IMG/VR virus record: IMGVR_UViG_3300029288_000083
Span: 94,130-155,559 of that record
DNA from: a virus
Taxonomy: Duplodnaviria > Heunggongvirae > Uroviricota > Caudoviricetes
Reading direction: 5' to 3' (one strand)
Length of the DNA: 61,430 nt
Notes under the pieces: generated by a model
The model's input: only the letters and a program-made list of their open reading frames with translations
What the model was told of the DNA's origin: nothing
The model's database searches: none
Shown: positions 9,154-19,126 of the stretch, one piece after another
Numbering within the stretch: the stretch's first letter is position 1
Layout: each line of letters begins with the position of its first letter
Translations under genes and position numbers: made by a program

Positions 9154-9873
9154 TTAAAATGGACTATCTTTTGTATTATTTTGTTCCATTTGCTTTTGGT
9201 TTTCTTTAGCATCATTTAGTTTTTTACTATTAAGTTCTCTGTCTTTTCTGTCAAGTTCTTCACGTATTTTTTCCATTAGTCCACGAGTTCCTCTTGTTGT
9301 CATATCAGCATCACCGCCACCTTCGCCTTCAACTTCAGAGTGCGGAATGTCTTTTGTATTTTCTTCTCGTTTAACACGATAGTCTTCTTTAATTGCTTTA
9401 TAGTTATTTTCCATCACAACAACATAATTTGCAATTGCCTTTGTTAATTCTAACTTTGAACGTTGGAAACCAGATAAAACTTCAAATTGTCTTGATTGCA
9501 TATTGCCTTCTTCAATTTGTTCTAACATTTTTATGATTGAATACTCGGCAACTTTAGATTGTCTAATAAGATCTGACATTGTTGCAACATCGGAACGCAT
9601 TTTTTGTTGTATGTATTCTTCAGTGTCAATAATTTCTTCATTCAAATAAAACATAGCATTTGCACCTACAATGTCCATTGCCTCGGAATTTGATGATGTC
9701 ATAATTCCTTGATAATCCAATGTAATAGGTTTATGCTTCAGTGATAATTTTTTTGCCTCTTCTGTTAGACTTTCTAAATTATCTGATGACGATTGCAACA
9801 TTTGTTCTAATTCTTCTCGTTCTGAAAGCTGTTGTTGTCTTTCATCTTGATTTACTTTTTTTGTATTACTCAT
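9154..9873 (-). CDS. Probable terminase small subunit (gp16-like)
   Basis: Helical protein with SRQFEVL motif reminiscent of gp16 PRAYEV; immediately upstream of terL. Confidence 0.45.
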   Translation of the reverse strand: MSNTKKVNQDERQQQLSEREELEQMLQSSSDNLESLTEEAKKLSLKHKPITLDYQGIMTSSNSEAMDIVGANAMFYLNEEIIDTEEYIQQKMRSDVATMSDLIRQSKVAEYSIIKMLEQIEEGNMQSRQFEVLSGFQRSKLELTKAIANYVVVMENNYKAIKEDYRVKREENTKDIPHSEVEGEGGGDADMTTRGTRGLMEKIREELDRKDRELNSKKLNDAKENQKQMEQNNTKDSPF

Positions 9874-9895
9874 ATATGTAAAGTTAAATGCATTG

Positions 9896-11890
9896 TTATT
9901 TTGTTGAACCTACAAATGGCAAATGAAGTATAGGTAAACTGTTGTCAATTACGATAGCTTCACGTCCATCTTCAATTATATACTGATTAAGTATTGTTGA
10001 TTGTTGTTCGTATGGAATAATATTTTTGAATATTCTTATGTTTGTTTGATAATGATTACTTGCAATAAGTTCAAATTGTTTTTCATCATCTTCTGGTAAA
10101 ATTTCAGCAGCATTGATATTGACATTGCTAAATGTTCGTGTAAATACTGATGTTAGTTCTGTTTTTGCTGTTCTTTCATTATTAACTTCCCATAAACTAA
10201 AATTCAATTGTCCGAATTGTGCAGCATGATTAAATACTAAACCGTACCATTTGTTTTCTTCCATTGTGTCATTCATCGGAATCATAATAGGTGTTGAACC
10301 ATTAGTGTACACAAAATATCTATTAACATAAGATTCAAGTTTCCATCCTTTTGCACCATTTGAATCAATCGTATGGCCATTTATAAATGTATTTTTGAAT
10401 GTTCGAGATATTCCATATCCTGGTGTAGTTACCCAAGTTGGCGCGATTGTGTCAAGGTAATTAATGACTTCATCGTTTAATGCTACTTTGAAAGTATTTG
10501 TATTTGTTACTTCAACTACAACGCCGTAGAAGTTAAGTCGTCCTTGTCTTTTTATTTGAACCAATGTACCTGCAGGATATTTACGCAAAGAACCTATTGT
10601 TACAATAATTGTGTTACCTGTTCGTGACATTATTTTGCAAGAATCTTCACTTATTGTGTACTTAGGTTTTACATATTTAAACCAAGTTGTGAATGCAAAA
10701 TCCTGAGAATTAATAAAATTCGATACTGCTTTATATGTTACTGCTTGAACATCTTTATCTGGGGCAAAAATTGATTGCAAGTCATAATAATGGTCAGCAA
10801 CAGTTACACTTCTATTTATAATTTTATTATCCATGACAACTAAATCTTGATTTACATAATCGCGTGTTGGATCTTGTAAATTTGTACCAAGTTTTCTGTC
10901 ATACTGTTGTGGTTTTGCAATATCTTCAATTTGATTTTGTGTTTCTTCTCCAAACAATCTATCAGAAGATCTCATTAAGTCATCCATTATGTCATTAACG
11001 GTATCAGGCATATCTCTATTCGATTTTGGTTTGTAAATTACAAGTTCGCATTTCCAACTAGTGTTTTCCATCATGAATCCTTTAAAAGGACGTGAACTTT
11101 GAACTTCATATAATCTATTGCCGACAAGTGGGAAGAAAATTATATCATTTTTTTGAGGTGCCGCATCGATACCAAAATCGCGCTCAAAAATTTGTTTTAC
11201 GATTTCAATTTCAAACGGTTGTTCGTACCCAATGCCATACATACTATATTGCATTGTGTCATCGGGAAATTTGTTATCTGGCACCATTACTTTACTACAT
11301 ACTGGTTCATCAACATTATATAATGTCCATTCTTTTAATATAACATCGCCTGAACGATTGTTTGGCACTGCTCGCATGTATAGTACCTCCATGCCAAAAA
11401 GATCTGATATTGATGCTGACAAATCCTTATATAAATTGATTGCAGGATTAACAGCGTATGGATTGAATGTAGGTGTATCACATTTTGAAAGTATTGACGC
11501 TCTATCAATACCTGATGAAGTACACGCTAGTTGGGAATTTTGACAACCGTTTTCTTCAAATACTATTTGAGATGAAGGATCTTGTATTTGATAGTTTGGT
11601 TCTATCTGTACATTATTGATTGTCATGAATCCTTGAGATGCAAGTTGATACTTGTACTCTATGTAAAAAGGATTTGCAGGATTTAATTTTAAATCATTTA
11701 GATTTTGTTGAGTCAATTCAGACCAATAAGACCAGGCGGTATTATCTTTTGACCATCTGAATTGTTTAATGATAGTGCCGACACCACTTAAATCGTCAGT
11801 AAATGTTCTTATACTTTCAATATTCTTGTATGGCGCATTTAGCGAAAATACGGCATACTGACCGGTTTTATTTAAAGAAATAGCCTGCAT
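9896..11890 (-). CDS. Neck protein, gp14-like core with N- and C-terminal extensions
   Basis: DLFGMEVLYMR, DVILKEW, APQKNDIIFFPL...LYEV resemble gp14; late promoter upstream. Confidence 0.6.
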   Translation of the reverse strand: MQAISLNKTGQYAVFSLNAPYKNIESIRTFTDDLSGVGTIIKQFRWSKDNTAWSYWSELTQQNLNDLKLNPANPFYIEYKYQLASQGFMTINNVQIEPNYQIQDPSSQIVFEENGCQNSQLACTSSGIDRASILSKCDTPTFNPYAVNPAINLYKDLSASISDLFGMEVLYMRAVPNNRSGDVILKEWTLYNVDEPVCSKVMVPDNKFPDDTMQYSMYGIGYEQPFEIEIVKQIFERDFGIDAAPQKNDIIFFPLVGNRLYEVQSSRPFKGFMMENTSWKCELVIYKPKSNRDMPDTVNDIMDDLMRSSDRLFGEETQNQIEDIAKPQQYDRKLGTNLQDPTRDYVNQDLVVMDNKIINRSVTVADHYYDLQSIFAPDKDVQAVTYKAVSNFINSQDFAFTTWFKYVKPKYTISEDSCKIMSRTGNTIIVTIGSLRKYPAGTLVQIKRQGRLNFYGVVVEVTNTNTFKVALNDEVINYLDTIAPTWVTTPGYGISRTFKNTFINGHTIDSNGAKGWKLESYVNRYFVYTNGSTPIMIPMNDTMEENKWYGLVFNHAAQFGQLNFSLWEVNNERTAKTELTSVFTRTFSNVNINAAEILPEDDEKQFELIASNHYQTNIRIFKNIIPYEQQSTILNQYIIEDGREAIVIDNSLPILHLPFVGSTK

Positions 11891-11908
11891 TCTAAATATA
11901 TTTTTAAT

Positions 11909-11918
11909 TTATATATTC
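11909..11918 (-). promoter_or_regulatory. Putative late promoter GAATATATAA
   Basis: About 19 nt upstream of the neck gene ATG. Confidence 0.55.
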
Positions 11919-11954
11919 AGAACACAGGCTGTGTTTTCGGAAAAAGTATATTTT

Positions 11955-12488
11955 TTATTTTTTCAAAGTAGAGCCTTTAATCATCTTTTCAAAACTTGTA
12001 AGTTCTTGTTGAATATCATCAGGAAAAAACTTATACATTTCATCTAAGTCTCGTTTTGAACATTGCATTCTTTTACAATATTCGATAATAGTTGCTTCTT
12101 CTACATTTAATTCTTTTTTCTTTTCTTCTTTTGATTTTTTTGCACCTTTAAGCGCATTAAATATCCATGAAGGTGTTGAATTGTGCATTTTTGACAATGA
12201 ATCACACCAATATTGAACAGCTTCGGCACCATTCATTTTCGTATGATTGAACATTTGTGCTTGTATTGGAAATTTTATTGCAAAAAACCTTTGCATCATG
12301 AAAAACTGTTTACTTTTTGTATATGCAGGTAATTCTGTAAATGCTTTTGGTTTTTGAAATAACATGTTTACGTAATCGAATAAACCTGGTGCAGAAGATT
12401 TCATTTCTTTTTCTTTTACAGGCTTTACTGTGTCACCAAATAATGATTTGGATGATGGTTCTTTATCTTCTATTTCTTTTTTTGCCAT
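11955..12488 (-). CDS. Possible clamp loader small subunit (gp62-like)
   Basis: LFDYVN and FFMMQR segments resemble gp62; gp44 is nearby. Confidence 0.4.
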   Translation of the reverse strand: MAKKEIEDKEPSSKSLFGDTVKPVKEKEMKSSAPGLFDYVNMLFQKPKAFTELPAYTKSKQFFMMQRFFAIKFPIQAQMFNHTKMNGAEAVQYWCDSLSKMHNSTPSWIFNALKGAKKSKEEKKKELNVEEATIIEYCKRMQCSKRDLDEMYKFFPDDIQQELTSFEKMIKGSTLKK

Positions 12489-12497
12489 TTTATTATT

Positions 12498-12752
12498 TTA
12501 TATACCTGGTATTTGATTAGTTTTCAAATCTTTGTCTATCTCAACAAGTTTATCAAAAACATCTCTGTTAATTTTAATCATTGGTATAGGATCTCCACCG
12601 CATGTATTCCATATATCTATATAAAAGTTTTTCCATCTATCAATATAATATGTTTTAACAACACTTTCGCCTTGCAAATGTGAAGATGATTCGCCAACCC
12701 TAGTTAATGTAATCTTGCCCATAAATGGACATGTGTATTCGATTGTTTCCAT
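12498..12752 (-). CDS. Hypothetical protein
   Basis: 84-aa ORF coupled to its neighbours. Confidence 0.6.
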   Translation of the reverse strand: METIEYTCPFMGKITLTRVGESSSHLQGESVVKTYYIDRWKNFYIDIWNTCGGDPIPMIKINRDVFDKLVEIDKDLKTNQIPGI

Positions 12753-13996
12753 TAGAATAATGTTTTAGCAAGTAAGTCACCAACATTAGGTATTGGTTTA
12801 TCAGCCATTGGTTTATTTGCGGCTTTAGGTTTTGTTTTGCCACCAAGATTTTTGAATACATCAGCTTCAAATGACATTGATTCTATTTCATATTCAGAAT
12901 TTGCAAGTAACGTATGCATATCCCATTTTCCTAATCTTGGATAACCACCCGAACGAACGTTTAGATAATGTTCTTCAAATAATTTACGACATTTAGATGG
13001 AATTGTATCATCAGATAAATATACAAGAATTGTATTTCTGATGATTCGTTTTTTGATAAGTTCCGAATCGAATTCTTTATTGTAGATGATTTTAATTTCA
13101 TTAGAAATTTCTTTTGCGTGTTCTTCAAGATGTGTAACGTCAACGATCTTTCCTCTTGCTAACAATAATTCTTTTATTCTTGCAGCTGCTTTGTCTGTCA
13201 TTTTATTATTAATGACTTTACCTGATTTTTGCGTTGTTTGCCAAGATACGATAGGCGGTACGTTATCACCGCCATCACCCATTAAAATTTTACTGAATAA
13301 TACATCCTCTGGGTCAAGTTCTTGTAATGCAGAATTTGCAATTACTTCTTTTATTGCATCTTTGTTATTTCCCATAAATGAATCAGCATCAAATAATGAA
13401 ACCTCATTTATTTTATGTAAAAAATCAAAGAAACCTGGTGCTGCAATAATTTTTCTGTCTGTTGATTTTATGTTGTAAACAACAATGAAATTATTACCGC
13501 TATGTTTAACTAGTTGAGATATATCACCATCACCTGTCATTATAACAACATCTTCACCATCATCAAATAATTTATTTGCCCAATAGTACATCAAATCATC
13601 ACCTTCACAACTGTCGATATTTGATGTGATACAGCCATGACTTTTCAAAATTTCGCCAAAATCGGCAAGACATTTATTAAATGCTTTCCAATCGACAACA
13701 GATTCATCTTTTACTCGATTTGCTTTATAGCCTTCGTTTTCTTCAATATCAACATCTTTTCTCCATGAATGATGGTCAATTGTAAATATGACTCTATCAG
13801 GTTTTCCTAATTGTCGAATGCCATATGCCATATCCATTGCAATTTTTCGCATGAACATGTTTCGGTCTTTTTCATCTTTCAATTTAGGTTCTTTTCCTTG
13901 ATGCGGATACACGTGCAATGATTTGTGAAAATGGTAATTGCCATCCACGATTATATTAAGCTTCCCCATTTCCGTCTTGTTTTTTAATGTAACCAA
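12752..13996 (-). CDS. rnh: 5'-3' flap exonuclease / T4 RNase H-like
   Basis: IIVDGN, YKANR, EGDD, TGDGDISQL, GDGGDNVP acidic motifs. Confidence 0.85.
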   Translation of the reverse strand: MVTLKNKTEMGKLNIIVDGNYHFHKSLHVYPHQGKEPKLKDEKDRNMFMRKIAMDMAYGIRQLGKPDRVIFTIDHHSWRKDVDIEENEGYKANRVKDESVVDWKAFNKCLADFGEILKSHGCITSNIDSCEGDDLMYYWANKLFDDGEDVVIMTGDGDISQLVKHSGNNFIVVYNIKSTDRKIIAAPGFFDFLHKINEVSLFDADSFMGNNKDAIKEVIANSALQELDPEDVLFSKILMGDGGDNVPPIVSWQTTQKSGKVINNKMTDKAAARIKELLLARGKIVDVTHLEEHAKEISNEIKIIYNKEFDSELIKKRIIRNTILVYLSDDTIPSKCRKLFEEHYLNVRSGGYPRLGKWDMHTLLANSEYEIESMSFEADVFKNLGGKTKPKAANKPMADKPIPNVGDLLAKTLF

Positions 13997-14228
13997 CTTT
14001 AATTAAAGCGTTTTCGATATTTGTATCTAAAACTTTTTTCATAACAGCAATTGTATTTGCGGATTCAAGTATACCTACATAAATTTTTGCCTTGAATAAC
14101 GTATGCGATGGCGTAACAAGAATAAGATACATTCGTTGTCCTATTTTTAAAACGTCAACCTTTTCAGGTATCAATTGATATTTTGAGATTATGTAATCTC
14201 TTAAATCTGATGCTCTTCTTAAATACAT
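13956..14228 (-). CDS. Hypothetical protein
   Basis: 90-aa ORF in the operon. Confidence 0.55.
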   Translation of the reverse strand: MYLRRASDLRDYIISKYQLIPEKVDVLKIGQRMYLILVTPSHTLFKAKIYVGILESANTIAVMKKVLDTNIENALIKVGYIKKQDGNGEA

Positions 14229-14230
14229 AA

Positions 14231-14446
14231 TTACGCTTTTGTATAACTAAAAGAATTCTTTATATGCTGTTGGAAATATACGCCAGTTGATGCGGCAGCA
14301 ACAAGTCCTTCGTATGTATCAAGGTCAACACCCGAGTATGCATATTCTGAACCGTTTTTAAATTCGATTGTTAAGATTTGTGTTTGACTATCGTACGTTG
14401 ATGATTCAATAGTCGATGATTGGTGATAATTTATAACGGCTGCCAT
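14231..14446 (-). CDS. KTSC domain protein
   Basis: SSTIESSTYD...LTIEFKNGSEYAYSGV...S.GVYF...IK. Confidence 0.85.
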   Translation of the reverse strand: MAAVINYHQSSTIESSTYDSQTQILTIEFKNGSEYAYSGVDLDTYEGLVAAASTGVYFQQHIKNSFSYTKA

Positions 14447-14448
14447 AC

Positions 14449-15399
14449 TTATTTCGATAAAATTTGTTGTAATTTAAAGCAGCATGATAGTAATGTAATA
14501 ACTGGGTCAATCACATGAACACGTTGTGCTTGGTGAGCTGCAATTTCAATAATAAGTTGTGGAAGTTTTGCAATTTGTGCAGGTTTGTGTTCTCTAATAT
14601 AAGATGGAAACTCTGTTCCTAATGAAGCAAGAACATCATCAACTTTTGATGAATATTGGCCAACAATTGTTTTGTAATTTTCAGCAGGATTAGGATCATT
14701 AAGAATTAAATCAAAAATATCATTGTATGTATAATTCAATGTTTTGATATCTTCAATTTTAATTTCAGTAATTCCTTTCAATTGAAAAGATTGCATTTTA
14801 TTCATTAAAGAACGCATGTCAGGAAAATTTCTTTTAACGAATTCGATTGCAGCCGCTTGTTCAATTGCGATACCGTATGCTTTAAAGATTGTAAGTACTC
14901 GTTTGATGTATTCAATCATTACTTTCTTTTCTTCATCTTGACTTGCATAATCAAAAGAAATACAATTGAAACGAGATTGAATTGCATCAGGAACTTTTGT
15001 TATGTAATTACAAGTTCCAATAAAACGAGCAGTATCATGAAACTTTTCAACTGTTGCACGCAATGCTTTATAAAATTGGTCAGATGCACCGTCCATCTCA
15101 TCAAGAATTACAACTTTCATATGTTCTTTGCCGCCAAGAACGGAAATTGAACCACAGAAATCTGTAATTTCAGTTCTGATTGTATCAACTGAACTTCTGT
15201 CAGATACATTTATGTATAACGTTGGATGGTCACCTGCCATAATTTTTGCTAAACTTGTTTTACCAGTTCCGGGTGATGAATAAAATAAATAATTTTGATG
15301 AAGTTCGCCATCTCCAAGTTCTTTTCGGATTCTTTCGGGTAAAATGATATCCTTTAATGTTTTGGGTCTAAATTTTTCAGTAAAAAGTTGATTTACCAT
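14449..15399 (-). CDS. gp44: Clamp loader ATPase subunit (gp44/RFC-like)
   Basis: EKFRPKTL, SPGTGKTS, VILDEMD, SRF, FPDMRS. Confidence 0.92.
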   Translation of the reverse strand: MVNQLFTEKFRPKTLKDIILPERIRKELGDGELHQNYLFYSSPGTGKTSLAKIMAGDHPTLYINVSDRSSVDTIRTEITDFCGSISVLGGKEHMKVVILDEMDGASDQFYKALRATVEKFHDTARFIGTCNYITKVPDAIQSRFNCISFDYASQDEEKKVMIEYIKRVLTIFKAYGIAIEQAAAIEFVKRNFPDMRSLMNKMQSFQLKGITEIKIEDIKTLNYTYNDIFDLILNDPNPAENYKTIVGQYSSKVDDVLASLGTEFPSYIREHKPAQIAKLPQLIIEIAAHQAQRVHVIDPVITLLSCCFKLQQILSK

Positions 15400-15510
15400 G
15401 TGTTAAGATTATTTTAAGTTTAAATTTACATTATCTTAACTCATCAATATGTTTAACGAACGTTCAAAAGTTTTAATTTATTTTTATATACATTAGTATA
15501 CTATAGTTTC

Positions 15511-15538
15511 AAAAACAAATGGAGAGATTACTCTCTCC
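15511..15538 (-). terminator. Intrinsic terminator after the Thg1-like gene
   Basis: GGAGAGA-GTAA-TCTCTCC hairpin followed by ATTTGTTTTT. Confidence 0.65.
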
Positions 15539-16421
15539 ACGTGTTTAATTTATTGGGCAATACATTTAATACGTATTGTCTGTCTTGCGTCAGAATTGGC
15601 ATATCATTGTCGATAACCCAAGTATTTCTTTCAAACTCAATTCCATCATCTGTGAAATTCATATTTTCTGCAGAAGCCAAATATGGTTTAAATGATTTAC
15701 CGTCTTTTGCTCTAACCCATGTTTGATTTTCACGTTTAATTGTCCAACCTCGTTTTGCAGGTGTTGGATATTCATTCCAATTTATTCCTTTTTGCAACAT
15801 TAACATGTCTTGTTGTTTTCCAGTGTTAACATTTTGTAATTCAGAATGACTGAAATATGCTTGCGCAGCCATTGAAATTGAATTTCTTGTTGCATCTTGT
15901 TGTCTCCAGATAAAATAGTTGACAACTTCTTCAGCATCAGGCAATGTATAAACACGCGCATCAAACTCTGCCAATGTCATATCCTCAATCGCTGAATGAT
16001 ACAATTGAATCATTCCAGTTTCACCTGCCTCGTCGTACGATACGTTAATATTGCCAATTGCTCGAATAGCACGAAGTTTATTAAACTTTGCTGTCGCCAT
16101 TGATGCTGCAACGGATACAATTTTTTGTACTTGACCATCAAACCATGAATCGGTTTTATTTGAGTCATAATCAGTTAACAAAATACTGATTTCATCAGAT
16201 TGTGTATAACCCATTTTTGCACCTTGAATTTTTGAGCAAAGGTACTTTGTTGTTTCGGCCATGTCTTCCATTAATCCAAAATCAAAAGGCTTATTAAGAC
16301 CCCTTGTATATGTGTGGAAAGCTTTGCCATCAATTCTAATCATAATGTTACTGCGACGTGGTAACATGGTTCGTGTTCGGATTTCGTAATCCTTCATTCT
16401 GTCGCCTAATTGGTCTTTCAT
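15528..16421 (-). CDS. thg1: tRNA(His) guanylyltransferase Thg1-like protein (3'-5' polymerase)
   Basis: RMKDYE, IRIDGKAFH, YTQSDEIS, FDGQVQKIVS, FDARV, YFIWRQQDA.RNS. Confidence 0.92.
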   Translation of the reverse strand: MKDQLGDRMKDYEIRTRTMLPRRSNIMIRIDGKAFHTYTRGLNKPFDFGLMEDMAETTKYLCSKIQGAKMGYTQSDEISILLTDYDSNKTDSWFDGQVQKIVSVAASMATAKFNKLRAIRAIGNINVSYDEAGETGMIQLYHSAIEDMTLAEFDARVYTLPDAEEVVNYFIWRQQDATRNSISMAAQAYFSHSELQNVNTGKQQDMLMLQKGINWNEYPTPAKRGWTIKRENQTWVRAKDGKSFKPYLASAENMNFTDDGIEFERNTWVIDNDMPILTQDRQYVLNVLPNKLNTWRE

Positions 16422-16474
16422 GATTTTGATGTTTATTAATTATTTGTTATTATATACAGAAAGTTGTAAAAGTT

Positions 16475-17704
16475 TTATATTCTTTCTGGTGCTGTATTAA
16501 AAGATTTTTTCCAAAACTCGGTATATCCAACAGTTTCGCCGAATACATCAATTGCTGTTTCTATTCGTTTTGTTCTTTTTAATTTTTCAATTTTAAAACA
16601 TTTTCTAAAAGCTGCTTGCGATAAACATAATTCGTGTCCTGCAACATCTAATGAAACAGTTTCTAACCCATCATAAAACTTTTTAAATTCGCGTAAGCAA
16701 TAATTGTTTGTGAATACAATCCCGTTAACGTTTCCATATTTAAAAGTTATTTGTATTTGTTGATTATATACTTCCCACTCCTTTTCAAGAAATTCAATTC
16801 TACTTGCTTTATTTTTTAAATCTTCAACAAGAAATTCGCGAATACATGGATTATCTTTGATTATGTAATCTGAAATTTCCTTTCGATTTTTTGGGCTGTA
16901 ACAATTTTTTGGATTACTTGGCTTTTCATATTGAATATCTATTTCAGTTCCGGTTTCAAATACAAAATGATTTAAAAATTTATTATATCCGTGTGCGCAT
17001 TTAATTACAATTTTCTTTACATTTAATTTTGTAAAAAGATCTTCTGGAAAAAATACATCAGGTTCGCCATGTGTATATCCAATTGCTTGCGTAAAAGAAT
17101 CTGTTATATAAAAAGTATCGCCAATAACACAAAGTTTCAACAATGCATATAAATCAATTGTAGGAACACTTGCGTTAATTATGTTATATTCTGTGAAGTA
17201 AAATTCGCCATTTTTATATTCTTTAAAATCTTCTAATTTCAAATGTTTAAAAATGTCTGTAATTATACCTTGGATTTCATAAGTTGCAACCTGCTTTGTT
17301 GTATCATATTTTGAATGATATAAGGCAATTGCATTGCCATGATAATTTATACCGAATGATAATTCGTATCCTTTATCTAAACCAACGCCACTTAAACTGT
17401 GATGAACAACAGACATGCACAAAGAAATACCTGGCGCGATATCTTGTTTAAAGGATTTATACGCATTATAGCCACCAGATATATTAACTAAACTTTTATA
17501 GTTTGTCATATTCAATAAATTCTCTGGCAAATAATTTTCAGTATCGTTTATTACGGTTTCCCAATCTGAATATGCATACATATCACCTGGATAACTAATA
17601 CCGTTTCTGTTATCTCTATATATTGAAAGCGGCATTTCAACTTTAAAAATACGTGCCTTGTTTAACAGAATATCTTTTATTGTTTTTTCGATTAAATCTT
17701 TCAT
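16475..17704 (-). CDS. Hypothetical protein
   Basis: 409-aa ORF with no motif recognised. Confidence 0.75.
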   Translation of the reverse strand: MKDLIEKTIKDILLNKARIFKVEMPLSIYRDNRNGISYPGDMYAYSDWETVINDTENYLPENLLNMTNYKSLVNISGGYNAYKSFKQDIAPGISLCMSVVHHSLSGVGLDKGYELSFGINYHGNAIALYHSKYDTTKQVATYEIQGIITDIFKHLKLEDFKEYKNGEFYFTEYNIINASVPTIDLYALLKLCVIGDTFYITDSFTQAIGYTHGEPDVFFPEDLFTKLNVKKIVIKCAHGYNKFLNHFVFETGTEIDIQYEKPSNPKNCYSPKNRKEISDYIIKDNPCIREFLVEDLKNKASRIEFLEKEWEVYNQQIQITFKYGNVNGIVFTNNYCLREFKKFYDGLETVSLDVAGHELCLSQAAFRKCFKIEKLKRTKRIETAIDVFGETVGYTEFWKKSFNTAPERI

Positions 17705-18166
17705 TTAAAATAAAGCTTTTTCTTTTTTGATTTGTTCTCTAAGTTTTGTTAGTCGCGAACAAAATTCACGAGTTGTTAAAACAGTTTTTGATTCATCATT
17801 CTTTCCCATTGAATGCGTGAGTACAGAGTTTCCGCTTGCAATCAATGCTTTACGAAAACTTGAGTTTTTTGACATTGCTTCGTATGCTCTATCAAGAAGA
17901 TCTTGGTATTCTTTTGAATGCCTGTTGATTTCAACACCTTGCCAATATAGCGTTTGTGTCATCCACCATTTTTTTGGTTTGCCTTTGAACTTCGCAGCAA
18001 CTCCTACTAATTTACAAACTTCAATTTGCATTTCTGGGGATTTAAACTTTAGTGATTGCAAAAATCCTTCAAATGAAGCAATTTGTACGCCATCCAATTC
18101 AAAAGGATGAGGCGCAAAGTTAGATAATGCGCTGGCAGGATACCCTTGTCCGCTTCCTATATCCAT
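17705..18166 (-). CDS. NADAR-family protein, T4 gp30.3-like (intact copy)
   Basis: ALSNFA..PF..DG....EGFLQ.LK, LYWQG, AL.AS...L.HS.G...TVLT..EF match gp30.3. Confidence 0.8.
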   Translation of the reverse strand: MDIGSGQGYPASALSNFAPHPFELDGVQIASFEGFLQSLKFKSPEMQIEVCKLVGVAAKFKGKPKKWWMTQTLYWQGVEINRHSKEYQDLLDRAYEAMSKNSSFRKALIASGNSVLTHSMGKNDESKTVLTTREFCSRLTKLREQIKKEKALF

Positions 18167-18972
18167 GATATTAAAAAATTATTTAATTGTGATTGTAAAT
18201 TTATAAATTTTGTAATTGTCCTAAAGTCTTTTTGTAAAAAAACTGCGCATTGTTTCTGGGATTCAAAAACAATTATTTCACCTGTTATTTGATTATGCAC
18301 TTGCACTTTTTTTCCTTGAGATTTCTTTTTAATTTTTACGTTATTAACTTTTCTAAATGCCCAGACATCAACCATGCCTTTTCGCCGTTTTTCTTTTTCA
18401 TCATCAGGCATTGGAATTCCTTTTAATTTCTCACTTATTTTTGCACATGTTTCTTTTTCTCTTTCTTTTCCAAAATAATGGTGATTTTCACCTGCTGTTT
18501 TTTCATGAAAAGAATCTATGCCTTCTTGCGTCCTATGCCATTTTTCACCTGCCATTGAATTATTTTCAATTTGGCATTTTCTTATTTTATCTTTAGTTTC
18601 TTGCGTGTGATGTTTACCGGTAAAATTTTTATTGTGTCTGCCGCCCTTTCCGCCAGGCCAACAATTGGTTAGATTATGCAACCCAATTTCCGATATGATT
18701 TTTTCTTCTAATGTATACGCAAATTCTTCTTCTAAATTAACTTTTATAAAAAATTCGATGGGCTGTAAACCTTCATCTAAAATTTTTTTTATTGTTCTTG
18801 TTTTGTGTGAACGCTTATAGTTTACTGCTGCTTTCTGCGAATGCACATATATACGTCTTAATTTTCCTTTGCCTATGTAAAAAGGTTTGTATTTTACACC
18901 AAAATCAGTAAACGCATATTCGCCAGGCTTTCGTGGATCCAATAACGCATATACATAATAAATGTTTTCCAT
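18157..18972 (-). CDS. GIY-YIG homing endonuclease with NUMOD3-like repeats
   Basis: YYVYALLDPR...PFYIGKG...R; GKHHTQETK.KI; ends in TAG overlapping the NADAR start. Confidence 0.88.
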   Translation of the reverse strand: MENIYYVYALLDPRKPGEYAFTDFGVKYKPFYIGKGKLRRIYVHSQKAAVNYKRSHKTRTIKKILDEGLQPIEFFIKVNLEEEFAYTLEEKIISEIGLHNLTNCWPGGKGGRHNKNFTGKHHTQETKDKIRKCQIENNSMAGEKWHRTQEGIDSFHEKTAGENHHYFGKEREKETCAKISEKLKGIPMPDDEKEKRRKGMVDVWAFRKVNNVKIKKKSQGKKVQVHNQITGEIIVFESQKQCAVFLQKDFRTITKFINLQSQLNNFLISWI

Positions 18973-18986
18973 ATATAATTTTTAAT

Positions 18987-18995
18987 TTATATATC
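18987..18995 (-). promoter_or_regulatory. Putative late promoter GATATATAA
   Basis: About 15 nt upstream of the endonuclease ATG. Confidence 0.45.
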
Positions 18996-19007
18996 AAAAC
19001 ATTTATG

Positions 19008-19124
19008 TTAAGATTGTAAAAATCCTTCCATTGAATTGCAAGTAATCCCATCTATTTCAAATGGGTGAGGTGAAAAATTTGATAATGCGCTAGCAGGGTA
19101 TCCTGCACCTGAACCTATATCCAT
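19008..19124 (-). pseudogene. Truncated 38-codon duplicate of the NADAR N-terminus
   Basis: Translated by hand as MDIGSGAGYPASALSNFSPHPFEIDGITCNSMEGFLQS*; 30/38 aa identical to the start of 17705..18166. Confidence 0.9.
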
Positions 19125-19126
19125 TG

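Noticed and set aside
18157-19010. Group I intron starting at TCT|TAA in the NADAR remnant
   Set aside because: The junction resembles phage intron 5' sites, but there is no room for a catalytic core, no clear internal guide sequence, and the downstream copy has its own full N-terminus
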